From contig NW_025963791.1 of the NCBI RefSeq assembly GCF_023055435.1, positions 11,904,001 to 11,968,000 of the forward strand: a stretch of 64,000 nucleotides of DNA. Reading direction: 5' to 3'. Below, piece after piece: positions 13,137-25,385 of the stretch (positions are counted from its first letter, which is position 1; every line of letters starts with the position of its first letter). Below the pieces are notes generated by a model. It made no database searches and had not been told where the DNA came from. It was given only the letters and a program-made list of their open reading frames with translations. Both the position numbers and the translations under genes were made by a program. This stretch comes from Haliotis rufescens (Eukaryota).

Positions 13137-13415
13137 TTTCCAAATGTCTCCACCTGTACAAGCTCCTAGAGTCCCGTCATATACACAAGTAATGCTGTAA
13201 ATTAATCCAACATTAACAAGAAAAGAGAAAATAAGTCATGGTATTCTTGAAGGGTTATAATTTTCAAAATCATTCTATTTTCAATGATTTGGAATACTTG
13301 GGGAATATCTTCAAATTGTCAGCTTTTCTGGTTATCATCAGTATGACAACAACCTCAACATGGAAAGGTTCATTTCAACGATATTTTGGAACTATTATTC
13401 TACGTCTTCCTCACA

Positions 13416-13577
13416 GTGAGTGAGTGAGTGAGTATGGTTTTACGCCACTTTTAGCAATATTTTAGCAATATCACGGCGGGGAACAGCAGACATGGGCTTT
13501 ACACATTGTACCCATGTGGGGAATCGAACCCGGGTCTTCGTCGTGACGAGCGAACGCTTAAACCACTAGGCCATCCT
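13416..13577 (-). mobile_element. SINE family C, TSD TCTTCCTCACA
   Basis: Reverse-complement match to 1569-1735. Confidence 0.85.
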
Positions 13578-13957
13578 CTTCCTCACACGTGCCGTTGAAA
13601 AGCAGTGTTCGAAAATTCGAACCAACACTATTTCAGGAAACAAACATTACGGAGTTACGGAGCACGCGTTACGGAGCACGGTGTTATACTATTACCCGGA
13701 TTGTTTTTCATCAATGATGAAGAAACAAAACTATGGTTGGTTGTCTGAATGGCAATGGTAAATCTGGCATACCCCCCTTGCACGTCATACCGCCCGATGT
13801 CACGTGCTACATGGTGGTCACAGTGTTGTGTTTGAGACCTGGGTGGCACTGATGAAGCCAGCTTAGTCTGCTCTTTGTAGTTACAGGATGACAGTAAAAT
13901 CACACTTTTACCATATATGACAAATTTCATGCAACTGTGCATTGTGTTTATTCAGCC

Positions 13958-14351
13958 AGAGGTGAGGTGAGGTGAGGTGAGGTGAGGTGAGGTGAGGTGA
14001 GGTGAGGTGAAATGGGGTTTAACGTCGCGTCCAAGATCATTGCACTTATATAGCGACGTGCATGCACGTGTATGTGTGTGTGTGGCTGCTTGTACTAGTC
14101 CGGACTGATGCCGATTTATAGTGCTAGCTCACTGAGATACCATGCCGCAGTTTAACATGAATACCCCACTCAGACACAGTATACTGACTCCGAGCCGACC
14201 AGTCCTTGTTTTAGCCCCTTAATGCCGAGCGCCAGACAGGGTAACAACAAGTACAATCTTTTAACGTCTTTTTGTATGACGCGGCCCGGGATCGAACCCT
14301 GGACCTTCCGCTCTCCGGGCGGACGCTCTACCACAAGACCACGGAGGCGGT
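13958..14351 (-). mobile_element. tRNA-derived SINE family D (~340 bp, Meta/MESC-like body) with expanded (CACCT)n tail
   Basis: Reverse-complement match to 59049-59393; (GAGGT)n at 13958-14010. The body cgtcatac.aaagac.ttaaaa.atggtac resembles the Meta domain as I recall it. Confidence 0.82.
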
Positions 14352-15431
14352 CAAGGAAGTTTGAAGCCAATGACTCGTCTCATAATTTAGCACGGGATTC
14401 GTTCCGATGTGAAACCTTATGGGCGTTCTACCACACGACCTGGATCATAGTCCCGGATACAAGGTATGTTTAAGGCAATAGTTTGTGTATGGTGCATGCT
14501 TTATGTATTGTTGTCAGTGTTGGTCCCACATGTTTAAATGATAAAATGCATGATAATAAAAGCAAACAATCCAGTTTCATAATCATAAAAAATATTTTCT
14601 AACATATGAGTCCGTTGTTCGATTCCGACAATATCTAAACGTGTTTATGAATCACTATCAATTTGTGATGATGCCATGTGTTCGCGAAAAGACGAGAGTG
14701 TCCTGCCTCACTGGTGGCACACAGAAAGTCAAGTGTTCACATCACATAACTATGGTTAGAATATACTGTAAATCGTGAAATTAATGCGTCTCCAAAAGAA
14801 TACGACCGCTGGACCCAAGCCAAAAATGCGACTCAATAAGAATGCGACACTCCCCTCCTCTCAAGCATCAGTGGATTTATATCTAAAGAAAATGTCCTCT
14901 GTCAGGTTTACAGAATAATCTTCACCTTAATCCAATATATAATCAAATATTCCCAATATGCTTGTCTCACGTGTTTTACCATAATCCTCACCGAAAAATA
15001 TTCGGATATGAATCGAGTCACAATCGAGCCCGATTCATAGGTAATAATAACTTACTGCTTTTTGACTGTGTTTACTTGACCAATTGAATGTCGACAAGAG
15101 GATGGGAATGCAGATGATCTCGTCACGATCTACCAGTTTACCTATCGGAAAAACCGCCCAGCCACACGTCTTTATTACCACGACAGAGGCCAATTGCAAG
15201 ACTGAAGATTCCCCTGTTGGGTGTTTTTGTAATAGGGCTACATGATATGATACAGAGATTATGAGCCGAGTGTGTTTCCGTATACTAAACATTATTATGC
15301 CAGGAACAGACTATAGTTTTATTCCTAAAATGTGATATTTATCATACGGAAACACACGAGGGTAATAATCTCTTTACCATATACTACCATTCTTAAAATA
15401 ATCGATGTTTAAGATGATATATTTACTAAAT

Positions 15432-15595
15432 GAGTGAGTGAGTGAGGTTTTACGCCGCTTTTAGCACTATTCCAGCAATATCACGGCGGGGGACACCAGA
15501 AATGGGCTTGACACATTGTACCTATGTCGGGAATCGAACCCGGGTCTTCGGCGTGACGAGCGAACGCTTTAACCACGATGCTACCCGACCGCCCC
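15432..15595 (-). mobile_element. SINE family C, TSD TTTACTAAATGA
   Basis: Reverse-complement match to 1569-1735. Confidence 0.85.
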
Positions 15596-15819
15596 ATTTT
15601 TACTAAATGAAATAACTTTAGAAACTGAGCATAAATGCACTGTTTGAGTGAACCGCCCCATCTATCATAAAGCAGGAAATATTTCAGGGTATATACCCGA
15701 CCGCCCCTCGATGTGTGGAGGATTACGTTATAAATACTGCTCCTTGTCAGTACAAATGCATGCGCACTGATTAATTGTATACGTCTTTTATATGTCTTTT
15801 GATTGCAGATAGTGCTGCT

Positions 15820-16327
15820 ATGAATACAATCTTGCTCTTGGTTTTCACACTGGCTCTGAAAGCCACATCGACTATGACCAACAACGAAGGTGATGAGAAT
15901 GAAAGTTGTGACCGTCGCTGTCACTGTTGGCATGACAACAGAAGCTATGGTGGGGACATGAACATAGCCAACTGTTCAGGCCGGGGAATATCTTCACTAC
16001 AGGATCTCATCCTTCCTACAAACACCAATGTGATCCTTCTGGAAAGTAACAACATCAGTAAATTGGGAAATGACGACTTTACACCATATCATAATCTGAC
16101 CCATTTAGATTTTGGCACTAACGATATATCGATTGTGGAAGAGAGAGTGTTTGGACAACTGTACCAACTGATTTTGCCTTAACTTAGAAACAAATCATAT
16201 TGCTTTACATGTTTTGTGCCAAACAGCACAATTATTCCAAGACCTTGTTAGCTTGAAGGTTTTGAAATTGAACGACAGTGGAAATGGGAGTAACAGTGTG
16301 CGTTTTGTTGACACGAAAACCCCAAAT
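15820..16327 (+). pseudogene. Truncated, frameshifted paralog of the 5646-8252 TLR (5' ~500 nt only)
   Basis: Highly similar to 5646-6150, with the same upstream acceptor (AG 15807-15808). A 1-nt insertion near 16176 (attttgcctt vs gttttcctt) gives TAA at 16180-16182. Homology stops near 16327 at SINE sequence. No TM or TIR. Confidence 0.9.
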
Positions 16328-16329
16328 AT

Positions 16330-16722
16330 ATGCAGGTCTCAGACGTTTACCATTTCGGTGAAACCCACGAGCACGGGTATGGTGCTGACATACATAGAAA
16401 CATAATCGGGGCGAGCCGGGATTCGAACCCACATTCATTGTCACGGGTGGCCCAGTCGTCTAAGGCGCCACGATTCGCTGTGCAGAGTTGCGTCCCTTGG
16501 GCACGCCAGAAACCTATGATTGTGGGTTCGAATCCCGGTTCGCCCCGATTATGTTTCTAGGTTTGTCAGAATCATACCCGTGCTCGTGGGTTTCACCGAA
16601 ATGGTAAACATCTGAGACCTGCATCACTTCGGGCTTTCTTCCCACATTAAGCTGACACACCGCGATATAACTGGAATACTGTTAAAAGCGGCGTTAAACC
16701 CAACTCACTTACTCACTCACTC
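16330..16722 (+). mobile_element. SINE family B: inverted internal fragment (16330-16440, minus) joined to a near full-length + copy (16442-16722)
   Basis: 16330-16437 is close to the reverse complement of about 16518-16625. Confidence 0.85.
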
Positions 16723-16959
16723 AGGCTACGAGGATGTTTTAGAACAATATGATACAAATCTCCCTATATTTTTCATTTCCAGTTCGTGCAAAGTAAATCG
16801 GCATTATATGTGACTCAGGCCGGCTATGAGTGACACGGTGACACCTCGTTAGTCCGTACCCTGTGCTTTCGGGATGATTACCGTTAGGGATGTCTACATA
16901 TGTACACAAGGCATATATCCGTGCCAATGATTCGTTAGTGCGAAACGTTGTTAATCCGG

Positions 16960-17007
<48 letters not shown>

Positions 17008-17266
17008 GACCCGTGAAGATCCGGGGTAGAATAGGTCTTCAGCAACCCATGCTTGCCGTAAAAGGCTACTATGCTTGTCGTAAAGGGCGACTAACGGGAT
17101 CGGGTTGTCAGGCTCGCTGACTTGACTGAAGCATGTCATCGATCCCAATTGCGTAGATCGATGCACATGCCATCAATCACTTGATTGCCTGGTCCAGACT
17201 CGATTATTTACAGACCGCCGTCATATAGCTGGAATATTGCTGAGTGCGGCGTTAAACAGCAAACAA

Positions 17267-17268
<2 letters not shown>
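17008..17268 (+). mobile_element. SINE-like family A inside a (CTA)n array; paralogous copies at 28462-28713 and 38176-38428
   Basis: Full-length; (CTA)n on both sides. Confidence 0.87.
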
Positions 17269-17317
<49 letters not shown>

Positions 17318-18294
17318 GCTACTCCTACTATTAATACTGTTTATGCGCGTCATTCTGAATGTTTACTGAAACGTTACCCTTATCAATAAGAAAACTGCAT
17401 CGAATAAGTTCATTAATTTCCTCGTTTAACTATTATTTTCCTGTAAATATTAAATGAAGGTGAAGCATCGGCTTTGCCCTCAGGAATTTGCTAGTTCTTG
17501 CATGCTAGAATTATTTTCCATTCCACTGTCACATTTGGATCTGCGCACTCCCTCCTTCTTTGTATCATTGTTTCCATTTGGTTCAATTGTAAATTTTAGT
17601 TCTGATTTCATTAATAAAAGTGATGTAAACGAGATGTTTCTTGTGGCCTCACTGCGTATAAAATTTACAGCTAATATCTCATATCTGTACATACTGAGTG
17701 AGCGAGTGAGTGAGTCTGGTTTAACGCCGCTTTGAACAGTAACTCTTGTCTCGAACTAGGAAGTGATGGACTCCCAGTCCAGTCCCGGCACTCTCTTATT
17801 TGATTTATAACTATTTAATCCGGATGTGTCGAATTGCCTGTGGTTTCAAACTCACATGATAGTCACAAGAGTTAAAAATAAACTAAAACTCAGCTTAGCA
17901 CTGTAAGTTAGAATTTGTATTCCACGACCATAGACAGAAAACGAGTGGAACCTTGGCTGGGTATTCTCGTAAAGGACATGGTTCAGCCGAACCAGCGTAT
18001 GGATAAGGTGTTTCTCCTCCTCATACGGTAATAAGGTCGATTCGGATATGTCGAGCCCCGGATACGTTGAACCATATCCCTAGTCCCAATGAGTTCTAGA
18101 CATCGGTATTCCATTGTATATCATCTTTTTGTATGAATAGTGACATCGTGGCATGTCGGCTCATACAGATGTTTTCGGAGGATTCTGACATCATCATCAT
18201 CATCATCATCACCTGTGATAACTTTTATTGACGGGCTCACTATGCTCAATGACGGAATGAAGTCCATGTTACCTCTGCTTGGGTTTTACAAACT

Positions 18295-18945
18295 TTATAA
18301 CCTGTACCTACGCTGAAGTATTTTTGTATAGACTTCATAATAACCTGAACCTCCGCTGAAGTTGGTTTTGATAAATTCGTTATAATTTGTTCCTCTGCTG
18401 GAGATTTTTTTAATAACCTATACTTCCGTTGAAGTAGATTTCTACTGAATGTTTAACCTGTACCTCTGCTGAAGTAGAATTGTGCTAAATGTTAAACCTG
18501 TACCTCTGCTGAAGTAGATTTTTCTAAATGTTTAACCTGTACCTCTGCTGAAGTAGATTTCTACTGAATGTTTAACCTGTACCTCTGCTGAAGTAGAATT
18601 GTGCTAAATGTTAAACCTGTACCTCTGCTGAAGTAGATTTCTACTAAATGTTTAACCTGTACCTCTGCTGAAGTAGATTTGTGCTAAATGTTTAACCTGT
18701 ACCTCTGCTGAAGTAGATTTGTGCTAAATGTTTAACCTGTACCTCTGCTGAAGTAGATTTGTGCTAAATGTTTAACCTGTACCTCTGCTGAAGTAGATTT
18801 GTGCTAAATGTTTAACCTGTACCGCTGCTGAAGTGGATTTGTGCTAAATGTTTAACCTGTACCTCTGCTGAAGTAGATTTGTACTTAATGTTTAACCTGT
18901 ACCTCTGCTGAAGTGGATTTGTACTTAATTTTAACCTGTACCTGT
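18295..18945. repeat. Minisatellite, ~40-bp unit TTTAACCTGTACCTCTGCTGAAGTAGATTTGTGCTAAATG
   Basis: About 15 copies, degenerate at the left edge. Confidence 0.92.
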
Positions 18946-20825
18946 AAAGAAGGTTTTCATAAATCTTCAGCGGAAGATGGGTGGTTTATCCGTCGGCCGC
19001 GTCACACCAAGTGACGTCAAAAAAATGTTATGTATACTTATATAGGTAGGTGAGAGGTTATGGGTAAATATGCATGCTGATAAATGTCTCGCCNNNNNNN
19101 NNNNNNNNNNNNNNNNNNNNNNNNNNNNNNNNNNNNNNNNNNNNNNNNNNNNNNNNNNNNNNNNNNNNNNNNNNNNNNNNNNNNNNNNNNNNNNNNNNNN
19201 NNNNNNNNNNNNNNNNNNNNNNNNNNNNNNNNNNNNNNNATTCTATTGAAATGTATGTCATGGTGAAAAATCAAACAATGTTATATTCCTGATATCTATC
19301 TTTAATAACAATTGTGCCTACTCATATAACATGGCTTATATTCGACTGATATAAAATGATCATGCATACATGTTTCTTTGTACTAGCAAATATATGTTGA
19401 CGGACTAGACTATCAATCAACATGAACTCCTACAATACAGCAGGTTATGTATACTATATATACATCAGTTTGAAGCAAAACATTGTTTATCTCTTTCATG
19501 GTCCCATGCACTTATAAAATCAATAATAATTGCTATTACTGACAAAAACATTATATACATTGCATTTCAACGTTTCATTTTCCTGTATCTACACAATATA
19601 CACATATATACACATGTATGTAATAATAAATGCTGTTACTAACAAAACACTTAGATTCATAATATGCACTGTATTTCAACGTTTCATTACTATGTATGTA
19701 CACAATAGGTACACAATATCTTTACTTAATAAACACATTTGACAATATACTGACCTGACAATTATTGGAGACCCGACATCCTCTATATTGACGGACCCGA
19801 CAGTTCAGTTCGCTGTTGGCTGATTACTGATACATTATGTTATTTTCAGAAATGCAGCCTCTATTGTTTTCTCTCCAGCGTCTGTCAGAGGAAATACGGT
19901 ACAGGGAACTGGTGACACAGCACCGATGTAGTGGTAGAAGATTAAACAGATGGAGTACATATGTAATAATTTGTAGGCTTATCATCTCGGGAATACGGTT
20001 GAAGTACCCTCTATGCGGTCGTGTACTCCGATCCTATTGGGCACATTAGCCTTATTCCTCTAGGGATAAGCCTACAACTAAATATCTTAAGTTTATCATT
20101 ATCGTGTTTATCATTACCAAAATTTGAAAACCATTTGTGATTTATATTCAAAGAATTATGTCGCCAAATTGACAGGTCAGATCAAGCTCGGTTCTAGGCT
20201 CTGTGCAACACGCACATAAAAATNNNNNNNNNNNNNNNNNNNNNNNNNNNNNNNNNNNNNNNNNNNNNNNNNNNNNNNNNNNNNNNNNNNNNNNNNNNNN
20301 NNNNNNNNNNNNNNNNNNNNNNNNNNNNNNNNNNNNNNNNNNNNNNNNNNNNNNNNNNNNNTGCCATTCCCAAGATTACAATGAAAATATATTCAATTAC
20401 ACGCAGTTAACACAATAAAAAAAGGCATAACATATTTACAATTACACACAGTTTATCATATTCAGATACCTAAATGATGACAGATATATATCAAAAGATC
20501 CCTTAGTTTGTACAGATACGAGGAGAATTGAAGTATAATAGTTTCCCAGGTGTGTTGATCCAGATTGTGAGTAAATTTTGTTTCAGCCCCAAATAAGACT
20601 GATAACATATCTGTTTCATTTTGCATTTCAAAATCAACATATTTTTGAACGTCAAGTACGTCAATGGGAGAAGAGAAAAACGCATTTCTTTCTGATATCA
20701 GCGCTTCACAATGTAAAATAACGTGGCTGTCATAGTCAAAAGCATGCCTATTACAGAGCATGGACTCTTTCGAAAGTTTACTACGTGATGCGACTCCGTT
20801 TTGCTGTAAGGAGCTTGAGTTGCAG

Positions 20826-21110
20826 AGTGAGTGAGTGAGTGAGTTTGGTTTAACGCCGCTTTTAACAGTATTCCAGTTATATCGCGGCGTGTCAGCTTAA
20901 TGTGGGAGGAAAGCCCGAAGTGATGCAGGTCACAGACGTTTACCACTTCGGTGAAACCCACGAGCACGGGTATGGTGCTGACAAACCTAGAAACAAAATC
21001 GGGGCGAACCGGGATTCGAACCCACAATCACTGGTTTCTGGCGTGCCCAAGGGACGCAACTCTGCACAGCGAATCGCGGCGCCTTAGACGACTGGTCTTC
21101 CCGTACCCCC
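20826..21110 (-). mobile_element. SINE family B about 190 bp downstream of the TLR A stop; paralogous copies 30716-31002 and 41464-41749
   Basis: 14-bp TSD CTTGAGTTGCAGAG; A and B boxes; (CTCA)n tail. Confidence 0.9.
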
Positions 21111-21298
21111 CTTGAGTTGCAGAGATTACAAAGATCTGTTGTTGCCATGTTGGTAAAGTATAAGCTTTTCGCTGTTGATTTACACATCCGTCGGAATGGT
21201 TCCAATGGTTCTATAAACAATACAGTCACCGGAAGGCATCGGATGTCAAATAGATTTCAGTACAATAATGTATCAGATATATGTAATGTTCACTGGTA

Positions 21299-23931
21299 CT
21301 ATGGAATAGCCTGCGACGACGAACTGGTCGAATTCTGACGATGTGATCGATGTCGCAAGGCCCGTCCTATGTGTTTCCAGAAGATGTAACTGTCAGCTTC
21401 ACCGTGCGGGTACTCAATATAGGAATCAGACTGCAGCATATGAAGAAACTCCGGTGGGATATTCTTAGCGGGTACTGACTCATACATGATGATGATGATG
21501 ATGTCCCTCCCACTACTGATGCTCTCCATCTGGGCCATGCGCAGTTCGTACGTGCACCAGTAACTGTTGAGAAAGTTCTGGGACAGAACCACCACCGTCT
21601 TCCTGCTCTTCTTGATAGCGCCAACGATGTTTGAAGCAATAGGCTCTCCTGGCATGAAGTCACGGTGGTGGATGTTGAGAGTCATACTGGCATCGTGTTC
21701 CAAATGCGCTCTCATGTCATTAATGACAAACCCTCGGTCTTCATCAGCATAGGAGACAAAGGCGTCGAATGCGAACTGATCTTGCTCTTCTTCAGCGTCG
21801 TTGTCCGTCATGTAACGTAACCTTGCAGCGTAATACAGATACCTTAACTTCCATCTGTACCGATAGACGATTGCAGAAACCATCAGTGCAATAACTACGA
21901 CGAAGACGGATGCACATCCTAGAGCGAGTCCGAAGTTGTTTTGACACTCTGCGGTTTGCTCATCTATCAGTTTCGCAAAGTCCGCCTTGTTCAGGATTTT
22001 TCTTCTGCTCGTGTCGGCCAGAAGACAATAGTAGCCATTCATATTATCAGGTGTTATCCCCGAAGTTAGCAGCCATTTGAGAAACGGAAGCTGATTGCAG
22101 AGACATGATAATGGATTACCTTGAAGATGTAATGTTAAGTTTGGAACCTTCGATTTAATTTCCTTGATATCATCCATGACTTTTGGTGACAACAACGATA
22201 TTTGGTTGTGTGAACAGTCTATGACCTGTAGATGAATCAAGTGGTTGATTGTGGCGTTAAAGTTGTACATTCCGTTATTTGACACGTTTAAAATCTGTAA
22301 GGAATACAGATCGCGTAATACATCACCTTTCAGCCCTTTCAAATCATTATTGGAAATAACCAACTCTGTAAGTTGAGTCAGGTTTTTGAATATTTCACCC
22401 TTTTTATCTCTCTGTATCTGCCAACCAAAGAAATTATACGACATGTTCAAGGTGCGAAGGTTCAAGGAGTTTGCGAGTAATGTAGGAGACATTTTCCTGG
22501 CTAGATTATTGGATAGATCTATGTATGTAACATTATCCAGCCCTCTTATATATCCATTGTCAAAGATGACAAGATTACTGGACAGATCAAGATAGGATAG
22601 ATTTGATGCTTCAAAGCGTATTTTCCCGATCTGGAACGCCATTTGTGTGAAGTTCGACACTATCGTCTTCAGATTCGGCGGGAGTGATAAGTTGAAAAGA
22701 GACGAAAAACGATCACTAACTGTCTCTGATTCGTACCAGACACTGCGAGATTGAAGTTCACTTTCCAGAACATCACGTTCGTCTATCTCATCATGGAAAC
22801 AATACGGTGTCTCAGACTGGGCACACGTTTGGTCATCGACAGTGTCATCGTTTGGAACATTAATTGGGTATGGTTGTCCACTTAACCAAATTTCCTCGAG
22901 TCCCGTGAGAGAAGCTAAGTCATGTAGATATTGTCCGTAGCTAAATTTATTCCTCTGGGCCGATACGAATCGTAGAGTCTTGGGCAAGAGCTCCAGCGCC
23001 TTCATCTCAATATCTACAATTTCGTTGGAATCAATGTACAGATTTTCTAGGGAGGTGTTGAAGAGGTGAACAACATGTGCCTTGCGAATTACTACACAAC
23101 TAGTATGCCTTAACACGATGTGATTGGCTTTCAGGGTTGTGATGTTCGTGAACTGTAGTCCATACGTTCCGATGCCAAATGATTGAAATGTGAGTCTAAA
23201 ATTACCAGATATATCAAGCGTTCTCAGTTTCCTCAGTTGCGAAAAGGTCTCATTTTCAATGTGGAAAATTAAACATTTTGATACATCCAAATATTCCAAG
23301 AAAACAGTGTTATTAAATGTAAATGCTGACAGTGTTGTTTTGTTACAAAATCCGTGTTTCCCAGAAACGGTAAGATGAGTTAGTTTTGTAAGGTTCCTGA
23401 AGCCCGGTCCAAATTCCCCATCTGGAACGCCATTGATGAAGAGAGTTTCCAAGGATGTAAGCCGGCTCAGAGCTTCGTCGGGGTATTCAGTCATACTGTT
23501 GTTATTCAGCCAGAGCGTTTTAAGGTTGTGTAACCCTCTGAACGAATTTCTCGTTAATACAGATGGCTCGATAATACTGTGGGATAAATTAAGAACTCTC
23601 AAACTGCTCATGTTTTCAAAACCATCTTCCTCGATGGCGTTTACGACATTGAAGGACAGGTCAAGATGCGTCAAATTCGGAAACATTGCAAATTCAAAGT
23701 TGTTTATGCATGATAAATTGTTGTGGTCGAGGAGAAGAATGTTGACTCCATCTGGAATTGTAACGTTTGACAGAGACGTTAGATGTAGAGAGCTGCAGTT
23801 GACTAATTTGTTATCATGACTGACATTACATCTTTGCCGGTCAACATTGCTGCTGCCACTTCCCGTGGCCTTGACATTCTGGTTCTCTGAGAGAACGAAA
23901 ATTCCGCAGATAATGGCAGCATGGATGGTAT
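21299..23931 (-). CDS. Toll-like receptor subtype 2, copy A, exon 2 (LRRNT-LRRs-LRRCT-TM-TIR)
   Basis: The ORF stays open upstream of 23686 (TIHAAIICGIFVLS..RCNVSHDNKLVNCSS..) to an acceptor tttcag at 23937-23932. LRRCT NPLSCLC; TM FGLALGCASVFVVVIALMVSAIV; TIR FDAFVSYA / HHRDFMPG / FW. Confidence 0.95.
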
Positions 23932-24519
23932 CTGAAATTAAGGTTATTAAAGATGATCATTGACGTTACCAATTAATAATTCGCACGGAAAGCAGAAATT
24001 CAGGACTGACGTGGTCCGGAGTAATGAGTTTATATTGCTTATGGAATTAGTTACTATTATTATTTATTAAGTTATCTNNNNNNNNNNNNNNNNNNNNNNN
24101 NNNNNNNNNNNNNNNNNNNNNNNNNNNNNNNNNNNNNNNNNNNNNNNNNNNNNNNNNNNNNNNNNNNNNNNNNNNNNNNNNNNNNNNNNNNNNNNNNNNN
24201 NNNNNNNNNNNNNNNNNNNNNNNNNNNNNNNNNNNNNNNNNNNNNNNGGCATGTCATTACAGATTCCCTATAGAAGTAATGAAAGAATCTGATGGTCCTT
24301 AACTTCATTTGAGGAACACATATGGAAATATATTTTGGAAAACTGTAATGTTGGAATTAGGGTTCAATAGTAAAAGGTTTAGTTGCTTGCAGCTCGGTTG
24401 CGATATAAATAATGTGAGCTAAAGAAACTATTGTTTGACGAGCAATCATACTTATGAATGTTATGATGTAATATGCTTTTCCTGAATGGGGATGTACAAT
24501 GCTTAACACAACCACGTCT

Positions 24520-25225
24520 GCCCTGTTTCTAGTGCATTTATTTCCTCCTAGTACCCTGAAGTGATCGTGAACTGTATACGTAGATGTCGTACCCCTTGTT
24601 CTGGTGCATTTATTTCCTAATAAACTAGTACCTTGAAGTGATCATGAGCTGTATACGTAGATGTCATGCCCCCGGTTCTAGTGCATTTATTTCCTAATAA
24701 ACTAGTACCTTCAAGTGATCATGAGCTGTATACGTAGATGTCATGCCCCCGGTTCTAGTGCATTTATTTCCTAGTAAACTAGTACCTTGAAGTGATCATG
24801 AACTGTATACGTAGATGTCGTACCCCTTGTTCTCGTGCATTTATTTCCTATTAAACTAGTACCTTGAAGTAATCATGAACTGTATACGTAGATGTCGTAC
24901 CCCTGGTCCTAGTGCATTTATTTCCTAATAAACTAGTACATGTACCGTGAAGTGATCATGAGCGGTATACGTAGATGTCGTACCCCTGATTCTAGTGCAT
25001 TTATTTCCAAATAAACTAGTAGCTTGAAGTGATCATGAGCTGTAGATGGCATACCTTGTTTTTAGTGCATATATTAAAAAAAATATCTAGTACCTTGAAG
25101 TGATCATGAGCGGTATACGTAGATGTCGTACCCCTGTTTCTTGTGCATATATTTCCGAATTAACTACCTTGAAGTGATCACGAGCTGTAGATGGCGTGCT
25201 CCTGTTTCTAGTGAATTTATTTCCT
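24520..25225. repeat. Intronic ~77-bp minisatellite (about 10 units; 8 at 34380-34925; 7 at 45108-45572)
   Basis: CTAGTGCATTTATTTCCTAATAAACTAGTACCTTGAAGTGATCATGA.. unit starts counted by eye. Confidence 0.9.
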
Positions 25226-25280
25226 TAATATTTTTAGAGAGCTGATTGATACAGAGATAGCAGAGCTGTTGAAGGACAAT

Positions 25281-25385
25281 GTCCACTTGCACAGAGCGAT
25301 CTTAGCGCTACGACTATCGTAAGCCTATGTTATAGTATGGGAGTTACGATCATCTTAGCAATAAGATCGTTTTGTGCAAGTGGGC
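25281..25385. mobile_element. 105-bp fold-back/MITE-like palindrome in the TLR intron; copies 34983-35087 and 45630-45734
   Basis: CCACTTGCACA(G/A)AGCGATCTTA .. TAAGATCGTTTTGTGCAAGTGG, plus inner ATCGTAA/TTACGAT arms. Confidence 0.7.

Larger units (their letters stand above)
880..16930. repeat. Older, diverged tandem duplication (about 880-8860 vs 10270-16930) containing the + strand TLR and its pseudogene
   Basis: Collinear blocks: 886/10274 (tgacatgag..ctgatcgagt), 1026/10453 (gtggacacaatg), 1861/10868 (ccgctttcgaattgtc), 3821/14428 (ctaccacacgac..acaaggtatgt), 5624/15798, 8777/16853. Confidence 0.75.

Noticed and set aside
18295-18945. Regular 30-77-bp repeats (also 346-630, 24520-25225) as CRISPR arrays
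   Set aside because: Head-to-tail units with no unique spacers, no cas genes, eukaryotic context.
21367-21663. Conserved alternative-frame ORF over the TIR (also 7972-8154, 31259-31555, 42006-42302)
   Set aside because: A by-product of the nucleotide identity of the TIR tract; no independent coding evidence.
23686-23922. ATG 23686 or 23922 as the start of TLR A
   Set aside because: ATG 23686 is absent in B and C (AGA) and would lose the signal peptide and LRRNT; ATG 23922 is out of frame.
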